DNA of 48,220 bases from Deltaproteobacteria bacterium (GTDB lineage Bacteria; Myxococcota_A; UBA9042; DTJE01): NCBI GenBank assembly GCA_016875475.1, contig VGRB01000001.1, positions 1 through 48,220 on the forward strand, in the 5' to 3' direction. Every line of letters starts with the position of its first letter. Position 1 is the first letter of the stretch. Positions 16,771 to 25,597 of this stretch are shown here, one piece after another. The notes below the pieces were generated by a model. The model was not told where the DNA came from, ran no database searches, and saw nothing but the letters and a program-made list of their open reading frames with translations. The position numbers and the translations under genes were made by a program.

Positions 16771-17445
16771 ATGGTCGAGACGTGGCCTCACCTCGTCTTC
16801 ATCGAACTGCTGGCCATGCTGATATGCACGGTCGCGATCGGGGCGTTCTCGCTCGTGGTCGAGGCGCCGCTCGAGTCGATCGCGAACCCCGGCTACACGC
16901 CGCCGATCGCCAAGGCGCCGTGGTACTTCGTCGGGCTCCAGGAGCTGCTCGTCTGGTTCGACCCGTGGATCGCGGGCGTGATCGTGCCGGGGGTCATCAT
17001 CCTCGGGCTGATGGCGGTCCCGTACCTCGACCGCGAGCCGGACCACGTGGGGCTGTGGTCGCCGCGCCGGCGGCCGGTCGCGTGGTCGATCTTCATCTTC
17101 GGCCTCGCCCTGTGGTTCGGGCTGATCGCGGTCGGCACCTGGGACCGCGGCCCGCACTGGGCGTGGTACTGGCCATGGGAGTCCTGGGACGTCGAGAAGC
17201 CGCCGGTCGCCACCACCACGGACCTGCCGCCGTGGGTGGGGATCCCGGCGGTCCTCGGGTACGTGGCCGGCGGCATCGCGCTGCCCGCGGTCATCCGGCC
17301 CGGGTTCCGGCGCCGGCTCGGCTGGCCGAGGTACCTGCTGGTGACGGCGCTTCTGCTCGGGATGCTGGCCGTGCCGTTGAAGATCGCGATCTGCCTCGGG
17401 CTCGACGTGCACTACGTGCTCGTGACCCCGTGGTTCAACCTGTAG
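16771..17445 (+). CDS. cytochrome b C-terminal half / subunit-IV-like protein
   Basis: MVETWPHLVFIELL...AKAPWYFVGLQELL (PEWYF-type motif), membrane helices. An in-frame GTG at 16669 preceded by GAGGGA may be the true start. That would add the Gly-Thr/Ala repeat as an N-terminal tail. Confidence 0.85.
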   Translation: MVETWPHLVFIELLAMLICTVAIGAFSLVVEAPLESIANPGYTPPIAKAPWYFVGLQELLVWFDPWIAGVIVPGVIILGLMAVPYLDREPDHVGLWSPRRRPVAWSIFIFGLALWFGLIAVGTWDRGPHWAWYWPWESWDVEKPPVATTTDLPPWVGIPAVLGYVAGGIALPAVIRPGFRRRLGWPRYLLVTALLLGMLAVPLKIAICLGLDVHYVLVTPWFNL

Positions 17446-17486
17446 GGCGGTCCGGCCGGAAGCCGGCCCCCGGGGGGGATCCGGAC

Positions 17487-19562
17487 GTGAGCGGTGACGA
17501 TCGCACCGGAGATGCGGGCACTTCCGTCGATCCGGTCGCGCCGGTGTCCGTCGGCCGGCGCGTGCTCTTCCTGGTCTCGTCCGCCGCGCTCGCCGCGGTC
17601 ACCGGCGCGACCGTGCTGGACGAGGTCCGGCCCGCGTGGTCGGGCCACTGGCTCGACGCGCAGGAGCGGCTGGCCGTCGCCGGGGTCGAGGACGCGGAAG
17701 GGGCGGTGCCGGTCCGCGTGCCGCAGCTCCATGTGCCGGCGCTCGGCGTGGTCGACCGCTGCGGCGCCTGCCACGCGGGCACGGACCGCCCGGAGCTGGC
17801 CGGCGCTCCCGCTCCGCTCGCGACGCACCCGGGCCCGATGCTCGAGCTGCACGACCCGGAGAAGGTCGGCTGCACGCCGTGCCACGACGGCCAGGGGCGG
17901 GCGACGCGGCTCCCGGACGCGCACGGATCGGTCGCCCACTGGGAATCCCCGCTGCTGGCGGGCCGGCTTGTCCAGGCCGGGTGCGGCCGGTGCCACGACC
18001 GGGCGACCGTCGCCCGCGCGCCCGACCTCCGGCGAGGCGTCGCGCTGATGGATCGCCTCGCCTGCTTCGGCTGCCACGAGATGCCGGGGGCGGGCGTCCG
18101 CGGCCGGGTGGGTCCGGAACTGACGTACGCCGCGGACCGGGCCTCGCCCGCCTGGCTGCTCGCGTGGCTCCGCCGCCCCGCGGACCTGCTCGCGACGCCG
18201 CGCATGGCCGACTTCGGCTTCTCCGAGCGCGACGCCGCCGACATCGTCGCGTACCTGCTCTCGTTCAGGGGCCGCGCGGGCCTGCCCGAGGCGGGCGGCG
18301 CGCTCGAGTCCGCGTCGGACGCGGCGCTCGACCGCATGTACGAGGCGGGGGGGAAGACCTGGCGGACCGCCCGGTGCGTGAGCTGCCACGCGATTGCGGG
18401 CACGGGCGGGACGCTCGGGCCGGACCACGGCCGCATCGGCGAGAAGCTGTCGGTCGAGGCGATCGCGGCGTGGATCGCGGACCCGGAGCGCTTCCTGCCG
18501 GGCACGCGCATGCCGCGGTTCCGGCTTCCGGAGGGCGAACGGCTCGCGCTCGCGTACCACATGAGCGAGGAGATGAAGGACCCGGCCGCGGCGGAGCGGC
18601 TGGCCGAGGTCGCGTCGCGCGCGGACTCGCTCCTCTCCTCGGCCGACGCCGCGCGCGGGCGCACGCTCGTCCACTCGCTCGGCTGCCTCGGGTGCCACGC
18701 GGTCGCGGGCGTCCCGGACGCGCGCCCCGTCGGGCCCGACCTGACGCGCTTCGGCGAGAAGGAGGTCGGCCGGCTGCCGTTCAAGGCGGGGTGGGACGGG
18801 CCGCGGACCCGCGAGGCGTGGACGCGGGCGAAGCTCGAATCGCCGCGCTCCGGAGGCGAGACCCTGATCATGCCGACTTCCCCGATCGCGAAGCAGGACC
18901 TCGACGCGCTGCTCGTCGCGGTGCTGTCCCTGACCGCGCCCGCGCCGGCGTCCGCGCAGGCCGACCCTCCCCGCCCGGCCGGGCCCGCGTACCCCCCCGG
19001 GCCCGCCGGTGCGCTCGTCCGGGACCTGAAGTGCCTGACCTGCCACGCGCTCGGCGGGAGCGGCGGCACGCTCGCGCCCGACCTGACCGCGGAGGGGAGC
19101 CGCGTGCAGCCGCGCTGGCTGTTCGACTTCCTGCGGGAGCCGTACGAGATCCGGCCGCTCCTGGTCGAGCGGATGCCGCGCTTCTTCCTTCCGGACGCGG
19201 AGGCGGAACTTCTGACGACGTGGCTCGGGGTCGCGTACGCTCGCGACGGCCTGCCCGAGGTCCCGGCCGATCCGGCCGAGGCGGCGCGCGGCGAGACCCT
19301 GTTCGAGGACCTGAGGTGCCGCGGCTGCCACATCCTGGGCGAGCGCGGCGGCGCGGTCGGGCCGAACCTGTCCGACACGGGCAGGCGGCTCGATCCGCGG
19401 TGGACCGCGTGGCAGCTCACGGACCCGGCCCGTGCCGGCGCGGTTGAGCCGCGCATCGTCGGGTCGGCGGAGGACGCCCGCTCGCTGGCCGCGTTCCTGG
19501 CGACCCGCCGGGTCGAGACGGCGGCCCCTCCCGGAGGGCCGGAGGCTGGAGGCGCGCCATGA
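17487..19562 (+). CDS. membrane-anchored octahaem c-type cytochrome
   Basis: Eight CxxCH motifs: CGACH, CTPCH, CGRCH, CFGCH, CVSCH, CLGCH, CLTCH, CRGCH. N-terminal TM segment (RRVLFLVSSAALAAVTGATVL). The GTG start at 17487 is the first plausible in-frame start, so the start is uncertain. Confidence 0.85.
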   Translation: MSGDDRTGDAGTSVDPVAPVSVGRRVLFLVSSAALAAVTGATVLDEVRPAWSGHWLDAQERLAVAGVEDAEGAVPVRVPQLHVPALGVVDRCGACHAGTDRPELAGAPAPLATHPGPMLELHDPEKVGCTPCHDGQGRATRLPDAHGSVAHWESPLLAGRLVQAGCGRCHDRATVARAPDLRRGVALMDRLACFGCHEMPGAGVRGRVGPELTYAADRASPAWLLAWLRRPADLLATPRMADFGFSERDAADIVAYLLSFRGRAGLPEAGGALESASDAALDRMYEAGGKTWRTARCVSCHAIAGTGGTLGPDHGRIGEKLSVEAIAAWIADPERFLPGTRMPRFRLPEGERLALAYHMSEEMKDPAAAERLAEVASRADSLLSSADAARGRTLVHSLGCLGCHAVAGVPDARPVGPDLTRFGEKEVGRLPFKAGWDGPRTREAWTRAKLESPRSGGETLIMPTSPIAKQDLDALLVAVLSLTAPAPASAQADPPRPAGPAYPPGPAGALVRDLKCLTCHALGGSGGTLAPDLTAEGSRVQPRWLFDFLREPYEIRPLLVERMPRFFLPDAEAELLTTWLGVAYARDGLPEVPADPAEAARGETLFEDLRCRGCHILGERGGAVGPNLSDTGRRLDPRWTAWQLTDPARAGAVEPRIVGSAEDARSLAAFLATRRVETAAPPGGPEAGGAP

Positions 19563-20014
19563 AGGCCTTCGCGATCGCCGTGGCGGCGCTCCTGGCGACG
19601 GGGTGCGGCGGGGAGGAGCCCCCCCGGCCGGCGGCCGCTTCCACGACCGGGTCCGCGGCCGGGGCGATCGGTGCGGCCGAGGGCGCCGTCCTGTACGGCC
19701 GGTGGTGCGCCGCGTGCCACGGCGCGACCGGGCACGGCGACGGCATCACCGCGTCGCGTCTCGACCCCGCGCCCGCGGACCTCGCGTCCGGGGCGGCACG
19801 GGGCCTGACGGACGCCGGGATCGACGCGGTCGTCGCCGGCGGGGCCAGGGGGACCGGGAGGGCGGGCGTGATGCCGGCGTTCGGCAACACGCTTTCGCCC
19901 TGGAAGCGGCGCGACCTCGTCACGCACGTCCGGACGCTCCAGCGTGCCGCGGCAGCTGCAGCCGCAGCCGCCGCAGCCGCAGCCGCCCCCGAGGGCCCGG
20001 TCGCGCCGGACTGA
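19559..20014 (+). CDS. monohaem class-I c-type cytochrome lipoprotein with poly-Ala tail
   Basis: ATGA overlap with the upstream stop. Lipobox LLATGC. CAACH plus distal VMPAF. 14 consecutive Ala codons (19946-19987) near the C-terminus. Confidence 0.85.
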   Translation: MKAFAIAVAALLATGCGGEEPPRPAAASTTGSAAGAIGAAEGAVLYGRWCAACHGATGHGDGITASRLDPAPADLASGAARGLTDAGIDAVVAGGARGTGRAGVMPAFGNTLSPWKRRDLVTHVRTLQRAAAAAAAAAAAAAAPEGPVAPD

Positions 20015-20196
20015 CGTCCCGGGGCGTCGTGTCCGTCGGGACGAAGGCCGAATCGGTGAATCCGCCGTAGCCCCGTCCGCCTCGGGTATTCCCGTCCCCG
20101 GCGGTCGGGCCCTGGAACCGCAGGAACGCGAAAGGTACGATCGGGGCCGGTCGGGAGGGCCGGACGGACCCTGACCCCGGCCGCCGGAGGGGTCGG

Positions 20197-22464
20197 TTGT
20201 CGCCGCTCGACCTGCTGATCGCGATGCCCGTTGCGGGTCTGATGGCCGCTGCCGGGCTCGCGACCGTGAACCAACTCGCGGGGCCGCCCGGTGGGGACCG
20301 CCCGGACGGGGCAGCGCCGGTGGCCCCGGATGCCGGCCTCCGCACCCTGCTCGCGTCGCTCGCCTGGGGCTTCGGCGTGGTGCCGCTGTTCACGCTGTGG
20401 GTCAACCTGTTCACCGGGGTCCGGGTCACGCTCCCGCTGCTGGTCGCGGTCGCCGCGGCGAACCTGGTCGCGGCCGCCGTCGCGGCGGCGATCCGGGCGC
20501 GAGGGGCGCCGCCGCTCGCTCGCATGCTGCCGGTGACCCTGCTCGCGCGCGCACTCGGCGGACGGCGCGCGGTCCTGGTCGCGGGCGGGCTCGTCGCCGC
20601 CGTCTACCTGCTCGCATTCGACGCCCGCCACCCGCTCGACGACTCGTGCATCTACAACGCGGCGTTCCTCGCGACCGGGCAGTCGGTCTCCGGGCAGCCG
20701 GTCGAGGACGTGGACCTGCTCCGGACCAACCCTGACGACGCGCGCCTCGGCAACTCCGCGCTGCTCGCGGCCGCGCTCGTGCTGTTCGGACCGCTCGGGT
20801 TCCGGCTCGCTTTCGCGCTGTGCGCGTTCGCGATCGCGCTCGGCGGCTACGTCGTCGGCCGCGACGCGGGCGGTCGCGGATGGGGCTGGTTCGGCCTCGT
20901 CTTCCTGCCGCTGAACTCGTACGTGCTGACGATCGCGCTCCCGGACGAGAACCTGTTCGCGCTCGCGATCGGCACGGCGCTGCTGCCGCTGATGCTCGGC
21001 CCCCGGGAGGACCGGGACGACGGCGCGGGGCGGGCCGCGGGTCGCTGGATCGTGCTCGGCGCGCTGTTCGGCCTGCTGCTCTGCGTCCGGCACGCGATGA
21101 TCCTGTCGTTCGCGGCGCCGCTGCTCGTGGCGTGGCGCGAGCGCCGCCGCGCCGCGGCCGTCGGGGCGTTCCTGGTCGCGGTCGCGGTCGTCACCCTGCC
21201 GGAGCACCTGCACCACCTGTACGCGCTCGGGTCGGTCCTCAAGTTCGAGAGCAACCCGCAGTTCCCCCCGCTGCCGTACGAACTGCTCGGCGTCCGGTTC
21301 CACTGGCAGGGGTTCGTGAACTGGCCGCTGCACGACCAGGTGGTGCGCACGCCCCACAACCCGTTCCCGACCTTCGTCGCGTGGCCGCTCGCCCTGGCCC
21401 ACCACTTCGGGCTGATCCTGTTCGCGCTGCTCCACGCGGGGTTCGTCCGCGTCTGGCTGCGGTCGCGGGAGCGCGCCGCGTTCTGGGCGCTCTGGGCGGT
21501 CCCGGTCGTCGCCGCGATCGCGGTGCAGGAGGCGTGGGACCAGGCGAACAAGATGGGCGTCATCCTGATGGTCGCGACCGCCTTCGTGCCCTGGATCGCG
21601 GCGGGTGGCGAGGCGGTGCGGCGGAGGCCGGTCGCCGCCGGCGGCGCGGTCGCGGCCCTGGTCCTCGCGTCGTGGGCGGGGACGGCGGGGATCCGCGACT
21701 GGCGCGTGCCCGCTGACGAGCGGTACTACTGCCTCCCCGGCGCGTGGACCGAGCGCGCCGACCTCGTGGACCGCGCGGCGGCGGAGGCGACCGACGCGGG
21801 GCTGCTCCCGCGACCGCCCGTCGCGCCGCACGTCTCGGGACGCTTCCTCGCGGGGAGCGCGGTCTCGCTCCGGGAGGCGCTCCGGTCACCGTCGTCCGCG
21901 GCCGTCGAGTGGCCGCTCGGCTTCTTCGGCCACGAGGTCCCGCCGCCGGGCGAGCCGGTCACCCTGGTCGTCGACCTGTCGCGCGACCCGTTCGGCGCGC
22001 CCTTCGTCACGACGGACCGCGGCCCGGCCGACCTCGACCTGACCGCGCCCGGGGCCGGCGCGATCGTCGAGGGCCTGTCCGCCCCGTGGTCGCGCGTGCC
22101 GATGACGGTCGTCGCGCGCCGGTCCGCGACGGCGACCGGGGTGATGGTGGACTTCGACCAGCCCCCCGCCGAAGGCTGCCCGCCGCCCCCGGACCCGGGT
22201 CGGACCCGTGATGCCTTCCTGCTCGACAACCGGTGCGAGGTCCTGTCGTGGCTGGTCGGCGACACGGCGTCGGCCTGCCCGCTGCGCGGCGCCGCGCCGG
22301 TCCGGCGACCGGACCCCGTGCTCCGGCTGAGGGTCCCGTCCGGGGTGGTCAACGTGGCCCTCGTCGTGAACTGGCGGGGCGAGAACTACCGGCTGTGGGC
22401 GGGGATCGCGGACGCGTCGGGACTTGCCCCGACCGCGCAGGGCGTCCGGTTCTGGCACAACTGA
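20197..22464 (+). CDS. polytopic membrane protein, possibly GT-C-fold (ArnT/PMT-like) glycosyltransferase, with soluble C-terminal domain
   Basis: 755-aa ORF (TTG start; GGAGGGG upstream). About 12 hydrophobic segments in the first 480 aa. Acidic first loop (HPLDDSC). Function is not established. Confidence 0.7.
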   Translation: MSPLDLLIAMPVAGLMAAAGLATVNQLAGPPGGDRPDGAAPVAPDAGLRTLLASLAWGFGVVPLFTLWVNLFTGVRVTLPLLVAVAAANLVAAAVAAAIRARGAPPLARMLPVTLLARALGGRRAVLVAGGLVAAVYLLAFDARHPLDDSCIYNAAFLATGQSVSGQPVEDVDLLRTNPDDARLGNSALLAAALVLFGPLGFRLAFALCAFAIALGGYVVGRDAGGRGWGWFGLVFLPLNSYVLTIALPDENLFALAIGTALLPLMLGPREDRDDGAGRAAGRWIVLGALFGLLLCVRHAMILSFAAPLLVAWRERRRAAAVGAFLVAVAVVTLPEHLHHLYALGSVLKFESNPQFPPLPYELLGVRFHWQGFVNWPLHDQVVRTPHNPFPTFVAWPLALAHHFGLILFALLHAGFVRVWLRSRERAAFWALWAVPVVAAIAVQEAWDQANKMGVILMVATAFVPWIAAGGEAVRRRPVAAGGAVAALVLASWAGTAGIRDWRVPADERYYCLPGAWTERADLVDRAAAEATDAGLLPRPPVAPHVSGRFLAGSAVSLREALRSPSSAAVEWPLGFFGHEVPPPGEPVTLVVDLSRDPFGAPFVTTDRGPADLDLTAPGAGAIVEGLSAPWSRVPMTVVARRSATATGVMVDFDQPPAEGCPPPPDPGRTRDAFLLDNRCEVLSWLVGDTASACPLRGAAPVRRPDPVLRLRVPSGVVNVALVVNWRGENYRLWAGIADASGLAPTAQGVRFWHN

Positions 22465-22546
22465 TCGCCGCGTCCCGAATCCGGATCCGCTTTGTCCTCT
22501 TAGCGCCGAGGCGGCGCCGCGGCTACAATCCCCGTCGGAGGTGCGG

Positions 22547-24301
22547 ATGACGTCTGCTCGCGGCGCGGTCCTCGTTGCTGCCGTCCTCTTCCTCGCGTGC
22601 GGGGGCGGCGGCGGCGACCCAGGCTACCACGGGCCGTTCCGCGAGGTCATGGTCGGCAAGGACCTGGGCGTGGCCTACGACACGGGCAAGGACAAGCCCG
22701 CGGCCGGCGACGCGGGCAAGGACGCGGCCCCGGACGCGGACGGCGCGGATCCGCAGGACGCCGAGGACGCGCCGGTCCCGTCCGACGCGACGGGGCCGGA
22801 CGTCACGGCCGACGCGTCGGAGGCGGACGCGTGGCCGCTCGGCGACGACGACGGCGACGGCATCCCGAACGGGGTCGAGGGAGAGGTCGACACCGACGGG
22901 GACGGGACGCCCGACTTCCTGGACCAGGACTCGGACGCGGACGGCATCCCGGACAAGGTCGAGGGGGTCTCGGACCCGGACTACGACGGCAAGCCGTCGT
23001 ACAAGGACCCGGACTCGGACGACGACGGGCTCGACGACGCCGCGGAGGCGCTCGGCAAGGACGGCGTCGCGGGCACGGGCGACGAGACGTCGACCACGAA
23101 GAAGGACACGGACGACGACGGGTTCATCGACCTCGTGGAGGTCGCGTACGGGTCGGACCCGCTCGACCCGGCCTCGGTGGTGCCCCCCGACGTGTTCTAC
23201 CTCGTGCTGCCGTACGACGGCGAGTCGCAGAAACGCCATCTCGACTTCTCGACGGACATCACCCGGGCGGACGTGCTGATCCTCGTGGACCTGTCCGGGT
23301 CGATGGGGGGGGAGCACGCGAACCTGAAGAAGGGCATCAAGCAGACGGTGATCGGGGGGATCAAGGCGTCCGTCCCGGAGGTCGCGTTCGGGCTCGTGAA
23401 GTTCGGCACGCTCGAGGACGACGTGTACGCGGTCGCCCAGGCGATCACGACCGACGCGGACGCGGTCAAGGCCGCGGTGGACGGGATCTCGGAGTGCGGC
23501 GGCAGCGAGGAGGCGCACTCGGAGGTGCTCTACCAGGCCGCGGCGGGGACGGGGTTCGACGGCACGCTCTGCACCGAGTGGGGGCCGTTCGGTCTGTTCT
23601 GCATCGACGAGTCGAGCCCGCACATCCCCCCGGCGAGCTGTCCCGCCGGCAAGGTCGGGGGCGCGTGCTTCCGGCCGGACGCGCTGCCGATCTTCCTGAT
23701 GATGACCGACGAGCCGTTCCAGGACGGCGACTGGGACTGGGAGTCCGGCAACCCCCACGACAAGGGGGACGCGATCGCCGCGATGAAGGCGATCGGCGCG
23801 AAGTTCGTCGGCGTGGACTCGTCCGAGGGCGGGAACGTGCTCGACAACTTCAAGGACGTGTCCAAGGGCACGGGATCGCTGGACAAGCAGGGCAATCCCT
23901 TCAACTACACGATCGCGGCCGACGGGACCGGGCTGTCCCAGCAGGTCGTGGACGCGGTCGTCGCGCTGACCGAGAACAGCGTGCTCGACGACGTCACGAC
24001 CCAGCGCGAGTCGGTCGCGAACCCGGAGATGATCGACACGACCCAGTTCGTCAAGTCGGTGACGCCGGTCTCGGCCAGTCCGGCCGGGGGGGTCGAGTCC
24101 ATGGATGCGACCTCGTTCCACAAGGTCGACCCCGGCACGACCGTCACGTTCGACGTGGAGTTCAGGAACGACTTCTACGAGCCGACCACCGTCAAGGTCA
24201 TGCTGTTCCAGGCCGTGATCCACGTGGTGACCGGGAACACCCTGTTGAGCAGCAGGCCCGTCTACATCATCGTCCCGGGGAACCGGGTGCACTGGCAGTA
24301 G
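22547..24301 (+). CDS. lipoprotein with thrombospondin type-3 Ca-binding repeats and a von Willebrand A domain
   Basis: ATG 22547 preceded by GGAGGTG. Lipobox FLAC-GGG. Repeated DxDxDGxxDxxD units ([52 protein letters not shown]). MIDAS motif DLSGSM. Confidence 0.85.
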   Translation: MTSARGAVLVAAVLFLACGGGGGDPGYHGPFREVMVGKDLGVAYDTGKDKPAAGDAGKDAAPDADGADPQDAEDAPVPSDATGPDVTADASEADAWPLGDDDGDGIPNGVEGEVDTDGDGTPDFLDQDSDADGIPDKVEGVSDPDYDGKPSYKDPDSDDDGLDDAAEALGKDGVAGTGDETSTTKKDTDDDGFIDLVEVAYGSDPLDPASVVPPDVFYLVLPYDGESQKRHLDFSTDITRADVLILVDLSGSMGGEHANLKKGIKQTVIGGIKASVPEVAFGLVKFGTLEDDVYAVAQAITTDADAVKAAVDGISECGGSEEAHSEVLYQAAAGTGFDGTLCTEWGPFGLFCIDESSPHIPPASCPAGKVGGACFRPDALPIFLMMTDEPFQDGDWDWESGNPHDKGDAIAAMKAIGAKFVGVDSSEGGNVLDNFKDVSKGTGSLDKQGNPFNYTIAADGTGLSQQVVDAVVALTENSVLDDVTTQRESVANPEMIDTTQFVKSVTPVSASPAGGVESMDATSFHKVDPGTTVTFDVEFRNDFYEPTTVKVMLFQAVIHVVTGNTLLSSRPVYIIVPGNRVHWQ

Positions 24302-24335
24302 CTCGTCCCGGGGAACCGGGTGCGCTGGCAGTAGC
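24270..24335 (+). repeat. 33-bp tandem duplication of the gene's 3' end including the stop codon
   Basis: tcgtcccggggaaccgggtgcActggcagtagc (24270-24302) is directly followed by tcgtcccggggaaccgggtgcGctggcagtagc (24303-24335), with one mismatch. The unit is 11 codons long and in frame. Confidence 0.9.
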
Positions 24336-24341
24336 CTGGGG

Positions 24342-24430
24342 CCCGCCCCCCCCGCGCGGCCGTCCCCTTCGTCGCGGGCGGGCCGCGGCGGAGCCACGCC
24401 GCGGCCCGAGGCCGCGCGGGGGGGGGCTGG
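24342..24430. terminator. nested GC-rich inverted repeats between convergent genes
   Basis: Outer arms are G-C8-GCGCGGCC (about 24345-24361) and GGCCGCGC-G9-C (about 24410-24427). Inner perfect 10-bp arms are gggccgcggc / gccgcggccc. They lie between the stop at 24301 (+) and the stop at 24440 (-). Confidence 0.5.
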
Positions 24431-24439
24431 GGCCTGGGG

Positions 24440-25597
24440 CTACGTCCCCGCCACCTTCCCCACCGCCGCCGCCAGCGCGTCCACGTCGGCCTCCGTGGAG
24501 AACGGCCCCGGGCTCGCCCGCACGGTCCCGTCCGGGAAGGTGCCGAGGCTGCGGTGGGCATGGGGCGCGCAGTGCAGGCCCGGCCGGACCGCGACCCCGA
24601 ACGCGGCGTCGAGCGCGGCCGCGACCTCCTGCGGCGGGTGCCCGGGGATCGTGAAGGACACCGCGGCGATCCGCGCTTCCGCGTCGCGCGGTCCGTGGAT
24701 CGCGACCCCTGGGACGGCCGAGAGCGCGCCGATGATGCGCGCGGTCAGGTCGCGCTCGTGCCGCCGGATCTCCGCGACCCCGCGGGCGGCCACCCACCGG
24801 ACGCCGGCGAGCAGCCCCGCGATCCCGACCGTGTTCGGCGTGCCGCCCTCGAGCCGGTGCGGCATCTCCCGTGGCTGGAACGGGTCGGTCGAGTCGCCGC
24901 CGGTCCCGCCCTCGCGCCACGGGGCGACGTCCAGCCCCCCCCGCACCCACAGCGCGCCGGTGCCGGTCGGGCCCATCAGCCCCTTGTGGCCGGGGAACGC
25001 GACCAGGTCCGCGCCGCAACCAGCGAGGTCCAACGGGACCGCGCCGACCGCCTGCGACGCGTCGAGCAGCAGGAGCGCCCCCGCCTCCCGGGCCGCGGCC
25101 GCGAACTCCGCGACCGGCTGGAGCGTGCCGAACGCGTTCGACGCCCACGTCAGCGCCAGGAGGCGCGTGCCGCCCGGCCGCAGCAGCCGCCGCACCGAGT
25201 CCGGGTCGATCCGCCCCTCGCCGTCGTTCTCCGCGACGTCCACGGCGATGCGACCGGCCGCCGCGAGCGCTGCCAGGGGACGGTTCACCGAGTTGTGCTC
25301 CATGCGCGACGTGACCACGCGGTCGCCGTCCCGCAGCACGCCCTTCAGCGCCATGTTCAGGGCGTCGGAGGCGTTCAGCGTGAACGCGACCCGGCTCGCG
25401 TCCGGAGCCCCGAGCAGGCGCGCGAGCGCGGCGCGGCAGTCGTCGATCGGGATCTGGGCGGCGAGCGCGAGGCGGTGCCCGGCCCGGCCGGGGTTCCCGG
25501 CGGAGTCCCGCAGGAACCGCTCCATCGCGACCGCGACCTCCGGCGGCTTCGGCCAGGACGTCGCGGCGTTGTCGAGGTAGACGAAGCGGTCCGTCAT
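24440..25597 (-). CDS. cysteine desulfurase (class-V aminotransferase, NifS/SufS/CsdA-like)
   Basis: MTDRFVYLDNAATSWPKP..., the PLP-lysine context FPGHKGLMGPTGTG, and a C-terminal active-site loop RPGLHCAPHAH. The start shares 1 nt with the upstream stop (TGATG). Confidence 0.92.
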   Translation of the reverse strand: MTDRFVYLDNAATSWPKPPEVAVAMERFLRDSAGNPGRAGHRLALAAQIPIDDCRAALARLLGAPDASRVAFTLNASDALNMALKGVLRDGDRVVTSRMEHNSVNRPLAALAAAGRIAVDVAENDGEGRIDPDSVRRLLRPGGTRLLALTWASNAFGTLQPVAEFAAAAREAGALLLLDASQAVGAVPLDLAGCGADLVAFPGHKGLMGPTGTGALWVRGGLDVAPWREGGTGGDSTDPFQPREMPHRLEGGTPNTVGIAGLLAGVRWVAARGVAEIRRHERDLTARIIGALSAVPGVAIHGPRDAEARIAAVSFTIPGHPPQEVAAALDAAFGVAVRPGLHCAPHAHRSLGTFPDGTVRASPGPFSTEADVDALAAAVGKVAGT

